A stretch of 64,000 nucleotides of DNA from NCBI GenBank assembly GCA_035559535.1, contig DATMBG010000051.1, forward strand, positions 1 through 64,000, written 5' to 3'. This DNA comes from Candidatus Limnocylindrales bacterium (lineage in GTDB: Bacteria > Moduliflexota > Moduliflexia > Moduliflexales > JAUQPW01). The notes under the pieces were generated by a model. It saw nothing but the letters and a program-made list of their open reading frames with translations, made no database searches and was not told where the DNA came from. Each line of letters begins with the position of its first letter. The stretch's first letter is position 1. The position numbers and the translations under genes were made by a program. Below, piece after piece: positions 1-10,173 of the stretch.

Positions 1-1
1 G

Positions 2-775
2 ACAGGCTATGAGGCCAGGAAGCTGGGTTATAAGGGGTTGGTAGCTGGGAAGACGGGGACGACCAGTGATTTCAAGGATGGGTGGTTTATGGGGTACACT
101 CCCGAGTATTTGACCCTGGTATGGGTAGGATATGATCAGGGAGAGTCTATCGGACTAACCGGTTCCCAGGCCGCTTTACCTATTTGGGTAGAATTTATGA
201 GTCAAGTCGATACAAAAAAAGACTCCAAAACCTTCAAAACTCCTTCCAGGAAGACACCCCTTGTCGCAAGTACCCAGACTATTCCCCAGTCAGGTTGTAC
301 TTCCTCTTCCGAGTGCGTTGAGGAAAATTCTTCTGTTAATTCTGATAACTCTGAAAGCAAAGATTTAGTCTCACCTCCTGAAACTAAGAACTTAATCTCA
401 ACCGCAGAAGCCAGCTATTTATCGACTCCTGAGGTTACTACGCAAAGTTCCGATATAGTCTTACAAAATTTTCTGATTTGTGGGGGGGTTCAAAATCGTG
501 AGCCGGTAACTTGCGGAGACAAATTCTCCAAAGAGCAGGGGAAGGTCTACGCCTGGATGAAAGTCTCTGTGGCCAATCCTCCCACCACCCTAAAGCATAT
601 TTATTATCACAATGGCCACAAAGATAGAGAGATCAGTTTACCCATACAATATGCCAGTACCCGGACCTGGAGTTCAAAGGATATTGCCTCAGGAGGGAGT
701 GTCGGTGAATGGACGGTAACCGTAACAAACGAAGCCGGAGAAGTACTGGCAACGAAAACCTTTATTGTTGAATAA
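2..775 (+). CDS. 3' part of penicillin-binding protein (transpeptidase end) with Ser/Thr/Glu-rich linker and C-terminal DUF2914-like beta domain; starts upstream of window
   Basis: Frame open from position 2; AGKTGTT (KTG motif) and DGWFMGYTP..LVWVGYD typical of class A PBPs; C-terminal HIYYHNG..RTWSSK..GEWTVTV..GEVL pattern resembles DUF2914. Confidence 0.85.
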   Translation, partial: TGYEARKLGYKGLVAGKTGTTSDFKDGWFMGYTPEYLTLVWVGYDQGESIGLTGSQAALPIWVEFMSQVDTKKDSKTFKTPSRKTPLVASTQTIPQSGCTSSSECVEENSSVNSDNSESKDLVSPPETKNLISTAEASYLSTPEVTTQSSDIVLQNFLICGGVQNREPVTCGDKFSKEQGKVYAWMKVSVANPPTTLKHIYYHNGHKDREISLPIQYASTRTWSSKDIASGGSVGEWTVTVTNEAGEVLATKTFIVE

Positions 776-780
776 TCCTT

Positions 781-838
781 CTTGTTTAGCCCGGAAAGGG
801 TAAGTGAGCGAATTCCGGACTTTTCCGGGCTAAACAAG
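781..838. terminator. Perfect 17-bp inverted repeat between convergent genes (terminator or small palindromic repeat)
   Basis: cttgtttagcccggaaa (781-797) / tttccgggctaaacaag (822-838). Confidence 0.65.
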
Positions 839-858
839 AGTAGAACCGAAGAAACGTC

Positions 859-1791
859 CTATCGGGTCTTAGTACCGTCTGCCGGGATATACTGTAATCC
901 TTTGATTAATTTGGTAAGGGCATCGTTATAAGGAGCTGATAAGCCTAATTTTTCACTTTCTCGAACAATATAGCCGTTGAGGGAGTCGATTTCAGTTAAG
1001 CGGCCTCGTTCCAGGTGTTGAACCATGGAGACTTTATGAAACTTTTTAGCACAATACTCTTTAATGGTTCCCAGAGGATCTTTTTCTGGAAGGGTAATCC
1101 CTTTAGCCTTCACAAGGGCCAGGGCTTCCTGGATAATCTGGGTTTGAAACTCGTCCACTTCAGGAACTTCCCGGATATGACCAGGTCGAAGTCCGGTAAT
1201 CGCACAAACAGCATTGATCCCACAGTTATGGACAAACTTACTCCACATGGTAGCTATAATATCCTCGACCAATACCGGCTCCATACATGCCCGGCTCATA
1301 AGCTCATTGAGGACCATGAGGCGGGGGGAGCGGGACCTGTCTAACTCACCGAGGTAAGTAGGTCCATGATTGGTGTGCAGGACTTTACCGGGTTCCAGGA
1401 GTTCTGCACTGTGAAAAGTAAGTCCAGCCATAACGCGCTCCTTACCCAGTACTTCGGTTAAAATTTCAACATTTCCCAGTCCATTTTGTAAAGTCACCGC
1501 ATATCCGGAATCTTTCAGTAAAATCCTGGCCGCGTCGGCGGCATCCCTTGTAGAATATCCATTCACGCAAATAAAGGCAATATCCGCTTTGGGTACAGAG
1601 GCAGGATCAGTAGTGGCCTGAACAGGGGCTATAAACTTTCCATGCAGACCGTCCATCTCCAAACCCTTGGCCTGCATCTGTTTGACGTGCTCCTCCCAAA
1701 TATCCACCATGGTAACCTGCTCTCCAACCCGTGCAAAGTTACTTCCGTAAAGACATCCCATGTTTCCTGCACCGATTACAGCAATTTGCAT
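859..1791 (-). CDS. panE: 2-dehydropantoate 2-reductase (ketopantoate reductase family)
   Basis: IAVIGAGNMG Rossmann motif, TLQNGLG, WSKFVHNCGINA, SMVQHLERGRLTEIDSLNG. Confidence 0.85.
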   Translation of the reverse strand: MQIAVIGAGNMGCLYGSNFARVGEQVTMVDIWEEHVKQMQAKGLEMDGLHGKFIAPVQATTDPASVPKADIAFICVNGYSTRDAADAARILLKDSGYAVTLQNGLGNVEILTEVLGKERVMAGLTFHSAELLEPGKVLHTNHGPTYLGELDRSRSPRLMVLNELMSRACMEPVLVEDIIATMWSKFVHNCGINAVCAITGLRPGHIREVPEVDEFQTQIIQEALALVKAKGITLPEKDPLGTIKEYCAKKFHKVSMVQHLERGRLTEIDSLNGYIVRESEKLGLSAPYNDALTKLIKGLQYIPADGTKTR

Positions 1792-1906
1792 AGAGATCCA
1801 TCCTTTTATTCCAAAGGCACAAAGATCCCCTATCTTTAGAGAGGGTCTGAAATCCTTGTACCTGAGTATGTTAAGGGCTAACCGATATTTTTATATCTTT
1901 TCTTTC

Positions 1907-4090
1907 TCAAAGAAGGGTAGATACGTACCATCTTCCTCTTTCGGTTAATTCGTATCTCCGTTTTGAAGTTTCAGGTGTCTGAACCACTTGTATGAGTTTC
2001 TGTTTTTCACCCATTTCCTTCAAAAGACGGTCCAAAGAGATCTTCAAATCTGAACAAGTTTCAGTAAGTTCCTTTTGAAACTCGGCTTCAGATCCTATTT
2101 TTACCCGATTGAGCAGACCGAGAAGAACACGTTCGGCTTTGGCGTAGGCGTGGTTAGGATCCTTCATGGTCTGGAAAAGATATTGCAAAGCCATTTCACC
2201 GATCTGGGAGAGCTTTTTGGCATCTTCAAGGGGGCCTCGAACGCTAACCCCCGTTTTATCCTCAGTTCCAGAATTTCGACAAAAAACCCCGGCGATTTGA
2301 ACACCCTTCCGGTAAGCAGCCAGGTAAAGCGTATCTGGTTCTTCGGGAAGGGTTTTCGGTTGAATTGTTATTTCTTCTCCGTATTGGGCCTGATAACCTC
2401 GTCGGATAACCTCTGTAAGTTCCTTCCATACCTTTGTTCCCCGGGTTAATTGGGACTTATCGGTATAATACACATAGAAGGTTTTCTTAAATCCAGGACT
2501 GAAGGGATGGGACAGGGCTTCCAAATAAGCCTGTATAGAATAGAAATTGGATGGATAGAGAGATCGAAGGGCTACCAGGGTATTCATCGCACTTTTGAGA
2601 CCATTACCGGCAAATACAGGGATCTGCTCTCCGGTTTTTATGCGTAAGTAACCCGGCGTTACCTGATGACCACTTTCCTCGCTTCCAATGGCAAATTTGA
2701 GCCGACCGGGTGTTAGCAACCTGGCCATAATTTCCTTGTGGAGGTCTTTAACCCCTTCACTTCCCTGACCGATCTGCTGAATGGCCGTGGCCAGCCGGCT
2801 TATAGCTTCTCCATCGACCTCTCCGGGCTTCAGTAATTGATCCAATTGAGCCTGAAAGGGAGCTACTTCCCGTTGGGGGAATCTTTTAGAAAGTAAATCC
2901 AGGTAAGCTTGAAGCCAGGTGAGTACGGCCTGAAGCAGAATCCATTTATCTCCAACTCCTGTTAGATGGGGATGGAAGCCCAATTTGCCAGCGAAAAGGG
3001 CTGCATTCAGATCACTTTCTATGGTATTTACAAACAGGGAATCCCGATAAGCTTCAGGATGCCGGGTTATCAAATATTTAGCCTGATGAAAGGCTATTTC
3101 ATCTCCCGATAAAACGAGAACAGAATCTTCGATAGGGTTATATTCCAGATAGTAAAACCGATCTCCGTCTCCATCGAATACAGCCCCCGAAACCTGAGCC
3201 TTTCGGTTTAGAATATCTTGTCGTTTCCGGCGACCTGTTTCAAAAATCTTTTCAATGGCTTCGTAACAAGCAAATCTCGCAAACGGACCCTCAACCATGT
3301 CCGGGGTAATCCGAGATATCCCCTCTAAATCAACAACTCCACTGTTTACGTTAACATTCCCGTTCAATTGATGGTTGGTTTCAATGACTTCAGGAATTCC
3401 TACTCTTTTAAAGGCAGTTGCTGCAATCCCCACATAGGAACCATGAGCAGGATCGACGATGAGGGTTAATCCGTTGAAAAGAGAAGGTTCATTTTCTATC
3501 CACGTGTTGAGGGGATCGCATATAAAATCCAGAAAAACTTCCACCGCCTCTTTATGGGCATCCTCACGTTCACCGACTTCCTCTAATTTAGACAGATCTT
3601 CTTGACTTGCCTGGTAGACAGCTTCCGTTAGCCTGAGATCATCGGCAGGAAAAAGTTTAAGTCCCTGGCCGGCAAGAAAGATTTTGATTCCATTTTGATC
3701 CCTGGGATTATGGGAAGCCGTCACCACAATCCCTCCGTGGGCCTGACGGTAAAGCATATAAACGGGAACAGCCGGAGTTGGTACAATTCCCATCACCACG
3801 GCTTTACCCCGGGCTTTACGTATACCCCGAATCGCTGCCTCCGTGAAAAGTCCCTCGGGATCCCGAGGGTCCCAGCCAATCACGATTTCATCTCCTGGCT
3901 TCATGGCAGCGGTCTGGATAAGCCTTCGAACGTGGACGTAGGTATAAAGTTCCATGAACTCTTCGGTGAGAAGATTTTTTTCAAGGAAAGCTTCCAAAGG
4001 AGAGAGACCTTTTACACGGGGATCTCTTGAAAAGATAACTTCTTTTCGAATTCCATCTGTTCCCTGGAGTCTTTTTAATCTGTTTCTCAT
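1907..4090 (-). CDS. Alpha-D-phosphohexomutase family enzyme (GlmM/PMM-like), enlarged to 727 aa
   Basis: GTDGIR, TASHNP (phospho-Ser), DGDGDR (metal binding), EESGH, RNSGTEDK motifs. Confidence 0.85.
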   Translation of the reverse strand: MRNRLKRLQGTDGIRKEVIFSRDPRVKGLSPLEAFLEKNLLTEEFMELYTYVHVRRLIQTAAMKPGDEIVIGWDPRDPEGLFTEAAIRGIRKARGKAVVMGIVPTPAVPVYMLYRQAHGGIVVTASHNPRDQNGIKIFLAGQGLKLFPADDLRLTEAVYQASQEDLSKLEEVGEREDAHKEAVEVFLDFICDPLNTWIENEPSLFNGLTLIVDPAHGSYVGIAATAFKRVGIPEVIETNHQLNGNVNVNSGVVDLEGISRITPDMVEGPFARFACYEAIEKIFETGRRKRQDILNRKAQVSGAVFDGDGDRFYYLEYNPIEDSVLVLSGDEIAFHQAKYLITRHPEAYRDSLFVNTIESDLNAALFAGKLGFHPHLTGVGDKWILLQAVLTWLQAYLDLLSKRFPQREVAPFQAQLDQLLKPGEVDGEAISRLATAIQQIGQGSEGVKDLHKEIMARLLTPGRLKFAIGSEESGHQVTPGYLRIKTGEQIPVFAGNGLKSAMNTLVALRSLYPSNFYSIQAYLEALSHPFSPGFKKTFYVYYTDKSQLTRGTKVWKELTEVIRRGYQAQYGEEITIQPKTLPEEPDTLYLAAYRKGVQIAGVFCRNSGTEDKTGVSVRGPLEDAKKLSQIGEMALQYLFQTMKDPNHAYAKAERVLLGLLNRVKIGSEAEFQKELTETCSDLKISLDRLLKEMGEKQKLIQVVQTPETSKRRYELTERGRWYVSTLL

Positions 4091-4490
4091 AACAATTTCT
4101 CCGACAAGCTTTAGGTACCTTTTTACGATCTAGCTTAGGCCCTGAGATCCCTGGTTGTCAAATTAAATTTAAATTGGAAGCAAACAAAGCTCTAAAACCC
4201 ATGCTATATTCCCCTTGACCTTTTCTCATAAAAGTGTAGTTTCTGGAATCAGATATATTCAATCTGCCTGCAGGGGAAAGGCAGGGATATAAATAAACCC
4301 TATTCTCTTCCCTGAAGGGATTAAGAGGGAATAACATTAGGAAGTTTATCAGACTTACGGTGTAACTTATCTGTCAGGCATTTTAATACTTCATCTGGGA
4401 TGTCCAGGGCGTTAAGAACAAGATACAAAGATAGAGGGGTATGTATCTTAAAATGTGGCGTTCCCGACATCTCGGTGGTTTTCTTATAAC

Positions 4491-5249
4491 ATGGATATCA
4501 GAAACGAGGTAGCTATCATCACAGGAGCATCCCGAGGTATTGGTCGAGCAACTGCCATAGCACTTTCTGAAGCCGGCTTTAAAATCGTAGCGAACTATCG
4601 GAGTCGAGATCAAGAAGCCAACGAGTTGGTTAAGAAAATCTCCTCCCGGGGGGGAGAAATAAAACTTTTTAAGGCTCCTATGGGTTCTTCTGACGAAGCC
4701 AGAAGACTTGTTCAATTTACCCTGGAGACCTTCGGACAGGTTGATGTTTTGATCAACAATGCCGGAATCACAGCTACCGGGATTCCTCTGGGGGAATTTT
4801 CAGAGGATGGTTGGGAAGAAATGCTTCGAGTGAATTTAAGTGCTCCCTTTTATCTCATCAAGGCAGTTCTACCTCACATGCGAGAACGAAAGAAAGGGAA
4901 TATCATCAATCTTTCTTCCAATGTAACCCAGCGATTTCCTGCAGGCTATGGTCCTTATACCGTTTCTAAAGTTGGTTTGGATGCTCTTACCCGAATCCTA
5001 TCTAAAGAGGAAGGGCCCAACGGAATTCGTGTAAATTCCATTGCTCCTGGGCCCATCGATACGGAGATGTTACAGGAATCTTTCAGAATCCTGGGACCTG
5101 AGCGAGCGGCCGCACTTATTAATGCAGTTCCACTGCGACGGAAAGGTCGCCCCGAGGAGATAGCCTCGGTTATACGCTTTTTGGTTTCTGAGGCCGCAAG
5201 CTACATCACCGGCCAGGTTATCTATGTAAATGGAGGCGGACCAACGTAG
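4491..5249 (+). CDS. Short-chain dehydrogenase/reductase (FabG-like)
   Basis: TGASRGIG, NNAG, YTVSK (YxxxK), PGPIDT; start placed at ATG 4491 rather than 4455. Confidence 0.9.
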   Translation: MDIRNEVAIITGASRGIGRATAIALSEAGFKIVANYRSRDQEANELVKKISSRGGEIKLFKAPMGSSDEARRLVQFTLETFGQVDVLINNAGITATGIPLGEFSEDGWEEMLRVNLSAPFYLIKAVLPHMRERKKGNIINLSSNVTQRFPAGYGPYTVSKVGLDALTRILSKEEGPNGIRVNSIAPGPIDTEMLQESFRILGPERAAALINAVPLRRKGRPEEIASVIRFLVSEAASYITGQVIYVNGGGPT

Positions 5250-5389
5250 AGAAAAACAGATTTACTAACGAAGGTAAAAGGGTTAAAGGGATGACTTCCC
5301 ACGTAGGTGGATTTGGATCCTACCTTCCTTTTCGTTATCTAACGCTCAGTCAGAGATTCTGACTTTTAGACGTTAGACTTTGGACAGAG

Positions 5390-6070
5390 ATGCTTACAAC
5401 TTTAGAAAAACTTCAAGAGGAGATTATTACCTGCCAGAAATGTCCACGGTTGGTCCTGCACCGGGAGCGTATTGCCAGGGAAAAAAAGCCTCAGTACCGG
5501 GATTGGAAGTACTGGGGAAAGCCCATACCGAGTTTTGGAGATCCTGATGCCCGGGTTTTGGTTGTGGGTCTGGCCCCAGCCGCTCATGGAGGAAATCGAA
5601 CCGGACGGATGTTTACCGGGGATAGGAGTGGTGATTTTCTCTATCAAACCCTTTATCGGTTTGGTTTCTCCAATCAACCCACCTCAACCCATGGGGAAGA
5701 CGGCTTAACCCTTTCTGACCTCTATATTACGGCGGTAGTTCGTTGTGCTCCTCCAAATAATAAACCCTTCAGGGAAGAGCTGACAAACTGTCATCCTTAC
5801 TTTCTTCAAGAACTTGAACTGCTTAAGAACGTTCAAGTCGTAGTCGCACTGGGGAGAATTGCCTTTGATGCTTGCCTGAAGGCTTTCCAAAAAAGAGGAA
5901 TTGTCCTCCCTCGTCCCAGGCCTGTGTTTGGGCATGGTTACGTTTATACTTTGGCCCACTCCTTTACTCTGATTGCTTCTTATCATCCCAGCCGTCAGAA
6001 TACTCAAACCGGTCGTTTAACCCAGGAAATGTTCCATGCTATTTTTGAAGAGGTTCGAAGGTGTATTTAA
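5390..6070 (+). CDS. udgB: Uracil-DNA glycosylase family 5 (UdgB-like, Fe-S)
   Basis: CQKCPRL, GLAPAAHG motif A, RCAPPNNKP, YHPSRQN motif B. Confidence 0.85.
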   Translation: MLTTLEKLQEEIITCQKCPRLVLHRERIAREKKPQYRDWKYWGKPIPSFGDPDARVLVVGLAPAAHGGNRTGRMFTGDRSGDFLYQTLYRFGFSNQPTSTHGEDGLTLSDLYITAVVRCAPPNNKPFREELTNCHPYFLQELELLKNVQVVVALGRIAFDACLKAFQKRGIVLPRPRPVFGHGYVYTLAHSFTLIASYHPSRQNTQTGRLTQEMFHAIFEEVRRCI

Positions 6071-6186
6071 AGATTTTTACCGTATTGGCCAATATGGGGT
6101 TAATTTCAAGATTCTTTGCTGGAATTACTTTGAATCCGGGTAACCGGATCGGCTGGTTTACAGGACTCTATCAGAGAACCCGGTAT

Positions 6187-6666
6187 TTAAGTCCTGGTCA
6201 AAAACCCGGCCCAGGTCTGGATAGATTTTTTATACCCTTCCGGCATCTTCAGGTTTTTGACCTCCTCTAGAGTAAAACATCCGACTTCTGTATGTTCTGG
6301 ACTCAGGACGATTTTAGAGAAGGGTCTGGGATAACATCCATAAGTGACAATGAGCACATCAACCCCTTCGTAGATATGATAGACCCAGCTATCCAGGATA
6401 GGTCCTGGGTCTACCACAAGTCCCAGTTCTTCTTCAATTTCCCTCTTAACGCAATCCTGAGGGGTTTCACCGGATTCTAACTTCCCTCCTGGCAGTTCCC
6501 ATTCGTCACGGTCATTCTTTAAGAGAATGACCTGAGGACCCCGAAAAATAACACCTTTTACAGATACCGGGAACCGGTAAGCTTGATTGTCTTGAGGAAT
6601 AGACAAAATTTTTATAAGAGAAGTCGGCAGGCGAGTACGCCTCCGCTTCCAGGTAATAAAGTTCAA
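6187..6666 (-). CDS. Nudix hydrolase
   Basis: Nudix box WELPGGKLESGETPQDCVKREIEEELGL; start uncertain. Confidence 0.85.
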   Translation of the reverse strand: MNFITWKRRRTRLPTSLIKILSIPQDNQAYRFPVSVKGVIFRGPQVILLKNDRDEWELPGGKLESGETPQDCVKREIEEELGLVVDPGPILDSWVYHIYEGVDVLIVTYGCYPRPFSKIVLSPEHTEVGCFTLEEVKNLKMPEGYKKSIQTWAGFLTRT

Positions 6667-6713
6667 TTTAAATTTTCCCAGCCAGAATAGAAGTAACAGG
6701 GGAGGACCCTATC

Positions 6714-8276
6714 TTATAACATCGCTCCGTAAATCCAGGGGCAGAACTCATCTTCTCCAACCCCTTGCATTTCACTTTTTGTTTGCTTACCGGAGGCAAC
6801 CGCGATGATCTCTTCCAGGATCATAAGGCCTACTTCTCGGACCGAAAGCCCTTCGTAAACCAAGCCGGCATTGATATCCATATCGTCCTTCATGTGGTGG
6901 TAGAGTGGGGAATTGGTGGCTACTTTAATGGAGGGTGCGAGTTTGAATCCAAATACAGATCCGCGGCCTGTGGTAAACACAACGACATTGGCTCCTCCGG
7001 CGACCATACCGGTAACCGTTACGGGATCATAACCTGGTGTATCCATGAGCACGAATCCCTTTTCGGTGATTCTCTCCCCGTAAAGGTAAACGGCATTGAC
7101 CGGAGTGGAACCTCCTTTAGCGATGGCTCCCAGGGATTTTTCGAAAATGGTGGTAAGTCCTCCTCGCTTGTTACCGGGCGCAGGATTATTATCAATTTCT
7201 GCACCCCATTTCCTTGTATATTCTTCCCACCAATGAATTCGCTCTTCCAATTTTTTCGCTACTTCAACACTGCGGGCCCGTTTCATCAGCAGGTGTTCTG
7301 CTCCATACATTTCCGGTGTTTCTGCCAAGATACCGGTTCCTCCATAACGGACAATCTCATCCAGTGCAACTCCCAGTGCCGGATTGGCCGTAATTCCAGA
7401 GTTGGCGTCGCTGCCCCCGCATTTCGTTCCGAGTACAATGTGGGATACCGGTTGCTTCGTTCGTTTATATTCATTGACCCTCGGTAACAGTTCGGCTACT
7501 GCCTTCACACCCGCCTCAATGGTTTTCTGAATTCCACCTTCCTCTTGAATACTCAAAACCTTGGGTAGAGTACTTTCTCCGTTAAGTCCAATCTGAATGA
7601 GTCCCTGATTTTCAATAAGAGCCAGGGGTTGATTAACTTCACAGCCCAACCCGATAAGGATATAGGCTCCTACATTGGGATGCCGGGCCGCATTGGCCAG
7701 GGTCCTTTGAAAGATGTGATATCCCTCCCCGTTGAGGGTAGAACCACAACCACCCTGATGGGTTAAGGCAATCACACCGTCCACATTGGGATAATCCCGG
7801 GAAATATCCTGAAATCTATGAGCAATGGCTTTCGTTGTAAAAGCCGAACAATTTACGCTGGAGACCAGAGCAATATAATTTCGTGTTCCTACTCGTCCGT
7901 CGGCCCGTTTATATCCCATAAAATAACGCATTTCACTCTCGGGATAGTACTCTACGGGTTTTACCTCTGTGGCATATTCATACTGTTTTGCAAGATACTT
8001 CACACCCAGATTATGTACATGAACATGATCTCCCATTTCGATATGGGTCGTAGCATAACCAATGATCTGTCCGTATTTTCTCACGGCATCGTCTTTTTTT
8101 ATAGCCCTTAAAGCTACTTTATGTCCACGGGGGATATCCTGTCTTAATCGGATGGCTTTCCCTTCGTATTCCAGAATCGTTCCGGCAGGTAAAGCTTCCA
8201 TCAGAACTGCCACATCGTCAGCTTCAGGTTTCAGAATAATGGCTTTTTGCTTTAAAAGATATGTATTTGTGCTCAT
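6714..8276 (-). CDS. UxaA/GarD family sugar-acid dehydratase with N-terminal SAF domain
   Basis: GHKVAL..VRKYGQIIG..HVHVHN (SAF), GTRNYI..SVNCS, GLGCEVNQ, CGGSD..SGITANPALG, FTTGRGS. Confidence 0.9.
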   Translation of the reverse strand: MSTNTYLLKQKAIILKPEADDVAVLMEALPAGTILEYEGKAIRLRQDIPRGHKVALRAIKKDDAVRKYGQIIGYATTHIEMGDHVHVHNLGVKYLAKQYEYATEVKPVEYYPESEMRYFMGYKRADGRVGTRNYIALVSSVNCSAFTTKAIAHRFQDISRDYPNVDGVIALTHQGGCGSTLNGEGYHIFQRTLANAARHPNVGAYILIGLGCEVNQPLALIENQGLIQIGLNGESTLPKVLSIQEEGGIQKTIEAGVKAVAELLPRVNEYKRTKQPVSHIVLGTKCGGSDANSGITANPALGVALDEIVRYGGTGILAETPEMYGAEHLLMKRARSVEVAKKLEERIHWWEEYTRKWGAEIDNNPAPGNKRGGLTTIFEKSLGAIAKGGSTPVNAVYLYGERITEKGFVLMDTPGYDPVTVTGMVAGGANVVVFTTGRGSVFGFKLAPSIKVATNSPLYHHMKDDMDINAGLVYEGLSVREVGLMILEEIIAVASGKQTKSEMQGVGEDEFCPWIYGAML

Positions 8277-8417
8277 AGTCGAGTTTTTACTTGATGAAGA
8301 TATTAGAACGTCTTTAGTCGGTCTGGTTCGGCATTATCCGAAAAGAGACTAAAGCGTTACTTTTCAAAATATAGGCCATGATAAACAAACTACTCTAAAG
8401 ATATTCTAAGGGGGTAT

Positions 8418-9704
8418 TTAGACAACCTCTTTTTTAAAGATTTCTTGGGTATGCCTGTAAACCAGATATCCATATAGAAATATAACAGGTAAAGGTTTAG
8501 CCAGGTGGTATAGAAAGTCTTCCAGCCGGGTCCAGTACATACTGGGATCATAGACACTTTCCGTGCCAGGTCTATTGAAAAAATAAAACGGTGTCGGTAA
8601 GGCCAGTAAAAGATAAACGGCTAAAACAAATAGCGAACGAGGAGGTTGATCTTTAATTTCTTTGGTTTGAAGGTACAATAAGACCAGGACGGGTAGCAGC
8701 ATCACGTAATGGTGCTCCCAGACATGCTTATAAATCAGAAAATAGGTACTCATCCATAGAGCCAGATTTTCGATGACGTTCCACTTCTTTGGAAGGAAGG
8801 TCAGGATCAGAGAGGTGCCCAGGATTAAAAAAATCAGAGGCAGGGTAACGGGATAGAGGATTTGAACAGAATCGGATCCGGATAGATTTCTATAGCGGAA
8901 GAGGGTGTTATAGAGAAGGGATTGGAATCCGTGATTTCCTGAGTGAAAATTCTCTCCAAAGGTTCCTGAGAACTTAAAATTATCCAGAAATATGGGAAGA
9001 TCCGATGGAAATTTGAGGAAGTAAACTGCCGAGGAGAGAACGGCGATGAGAAAAACCCCGACGATGGGGAGAATTTTCTTCATTCTCAGCAGGAGAGGTC
9101 CGAGCAGTAGGGTATTAAGTTTTAGCAAGGCACTGGCCATCCAGGCCATATCGAAAAGAGAGGATATGCCTATCCAATAGGCATATCCCATGAGGAAAAT
9201 AAAAGTACCCATCAGAAAAGAGAACTGACCCATATAAAGTTCAAGGTAGTAGGGAGAAAAGGCCAACCAAAGAGTTGTGGCGAGGATGGCCGTGTTTCGA
9301 TCGGGGCTTATTTTCCAGGTCAGGAGAATATTTAAACCCAATAACATCTCGTAGAAAACAATCCACAGATAATAGGCAGGGAAGGGCTTCAATAACGTCA
9401 ATACCATGCCCAGAGTGTAGGCTGTAAGGGGGAGATATCGGAATGGATAAAAGTACGGAACGACCAGATCTCCCTGTTTGATTTCGACTTCCATTTTATC
9501 GTAAAGGCTGGTTCCGTTCCGGGCATTGTGTCCGGCCTGATAGAGGGCAAAAAAGTCTGCTCCAGGTCCATAGGTATGGTTGGGATCATGGAAGAAGGGA
9601 TTCCAGAAGCCCCATTTCAGAGAGAGCAAGAACGAAAGGTGAAGGAATAACGCTCCATAGAGGATCAGGGATTGGGAGGAAAGCCAGATTTTTTTTTCTT
9701 TCAT
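8418..9704 (-). CDS. Polytopic membrane glycosyltransferase, GT87/DUF2029-like
   Basis: Many TM segments; DFFALYQAG, YPFRYLP, LYMGQFS, VWEHHYV patterns. Confidence 0.7.
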   Translation of the reverse strand: MKEKKIWLSSQSLILYGALFLHLSFLLSLKWGFWNPFFHDPNHTYGPGADFFALYQAGHNARNGTSLYDKMEVEIKQGDLVVPYFYPFRYLPLTAYTLGMVLTLLKPFPAYYLWIVFYEMLLGLNILLTWKISPDRNTAILATTLWLAFSPYYLELYMGQFSFLMGTFIFLMGYAYWIGISSLFDMAWMASALLKLNTLLLGPLLLRMKKILPIVGVFLIAVLSSAVYFLKFPSDLPIFLDNFKFSGTFGENFHSGNHGFQSLLYNTLFRYRNLSGSDSVQILYPVTLPLIFLILGTSLILTFLPKKWNVIENLALWMSTYFLIYKHVWEHHYVMLLPVLVLLYLQTKEIKDQPPRSLFVLAVYLLLALPTPFYFFNRPGTESVYDPSMYWTRLEDFLYHLAKPLPVIFLYGYLVYRHTQEIFKKEVV

Positions 9705-9709
9705 TTTCC

Positions 9710-9872
9710 TTCGTTCTCAGATAGAACCCTTATAGAATTGATCTAAAGAACCCCCCCTGGAACCTTTCTCTGGAGTGGATGAGAAAGTTCAACTGGGAGC
9801 CCCTGTCTTCCTGGAAACTTTCCTTCAACTCCCTCGAAGCAAGATTTCCATGGGGTTCTATCCAAGAACGAA
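9710..9872. repeat. MITE-like element with ~20-bp terminal inverted repeats
   Basis: ttcgttctcagatagaaccc at left vs reverse complement of right end ttcgttcttggatagaaccc. Confidence 0.55.
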
Positions 9873-9887
9873 TTTATTTTGATAGCT

Positions 9888-10091
9888 CTATAGACCCTTA
9901 ATAATTAACGGAACGTTATTTTGACCGGGTTTATTCCTTTTTGTGCCCAGAGAGCTTGCGCACTGGGCGCACAAATATTCAAAGAGTTCACCATCGGGCA
10001 AAACAAGAAGGAGTTTCTCCCTTACCGGCATCGCTCTCCGACACTTGGGACAGTAAAGTGCTGAAGCTTGAAAGTTTTGAAAACTCTCCAT
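9888..10091 (-). CDS. Small zinc-ribbon protein
   Basis: CPKC...CAQC in 67 aa. Confidence 0.7.
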   Translation of the reverse strand: MESFQNFQASALYCPKCRRAMPVREKLLLVLPDGELFEYLCAQCASSLGTKRNKPGQNNVPLIIKGL

Positions 10092-10173
10092 TTCTTTTAT
10101 CCGTTGTCCGTTGTAAAAATACCTATACCCAAAACAACGGATAACGGACCCTTGACTACCAGGACCAGTTAGA

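Noticed and set aside
6765-7487. 240-aa + strand ORF, and similar antisense ORFs such as 49964-50536
   Set aside because: Lie opposite well-supported genes and show no recognisable motifs
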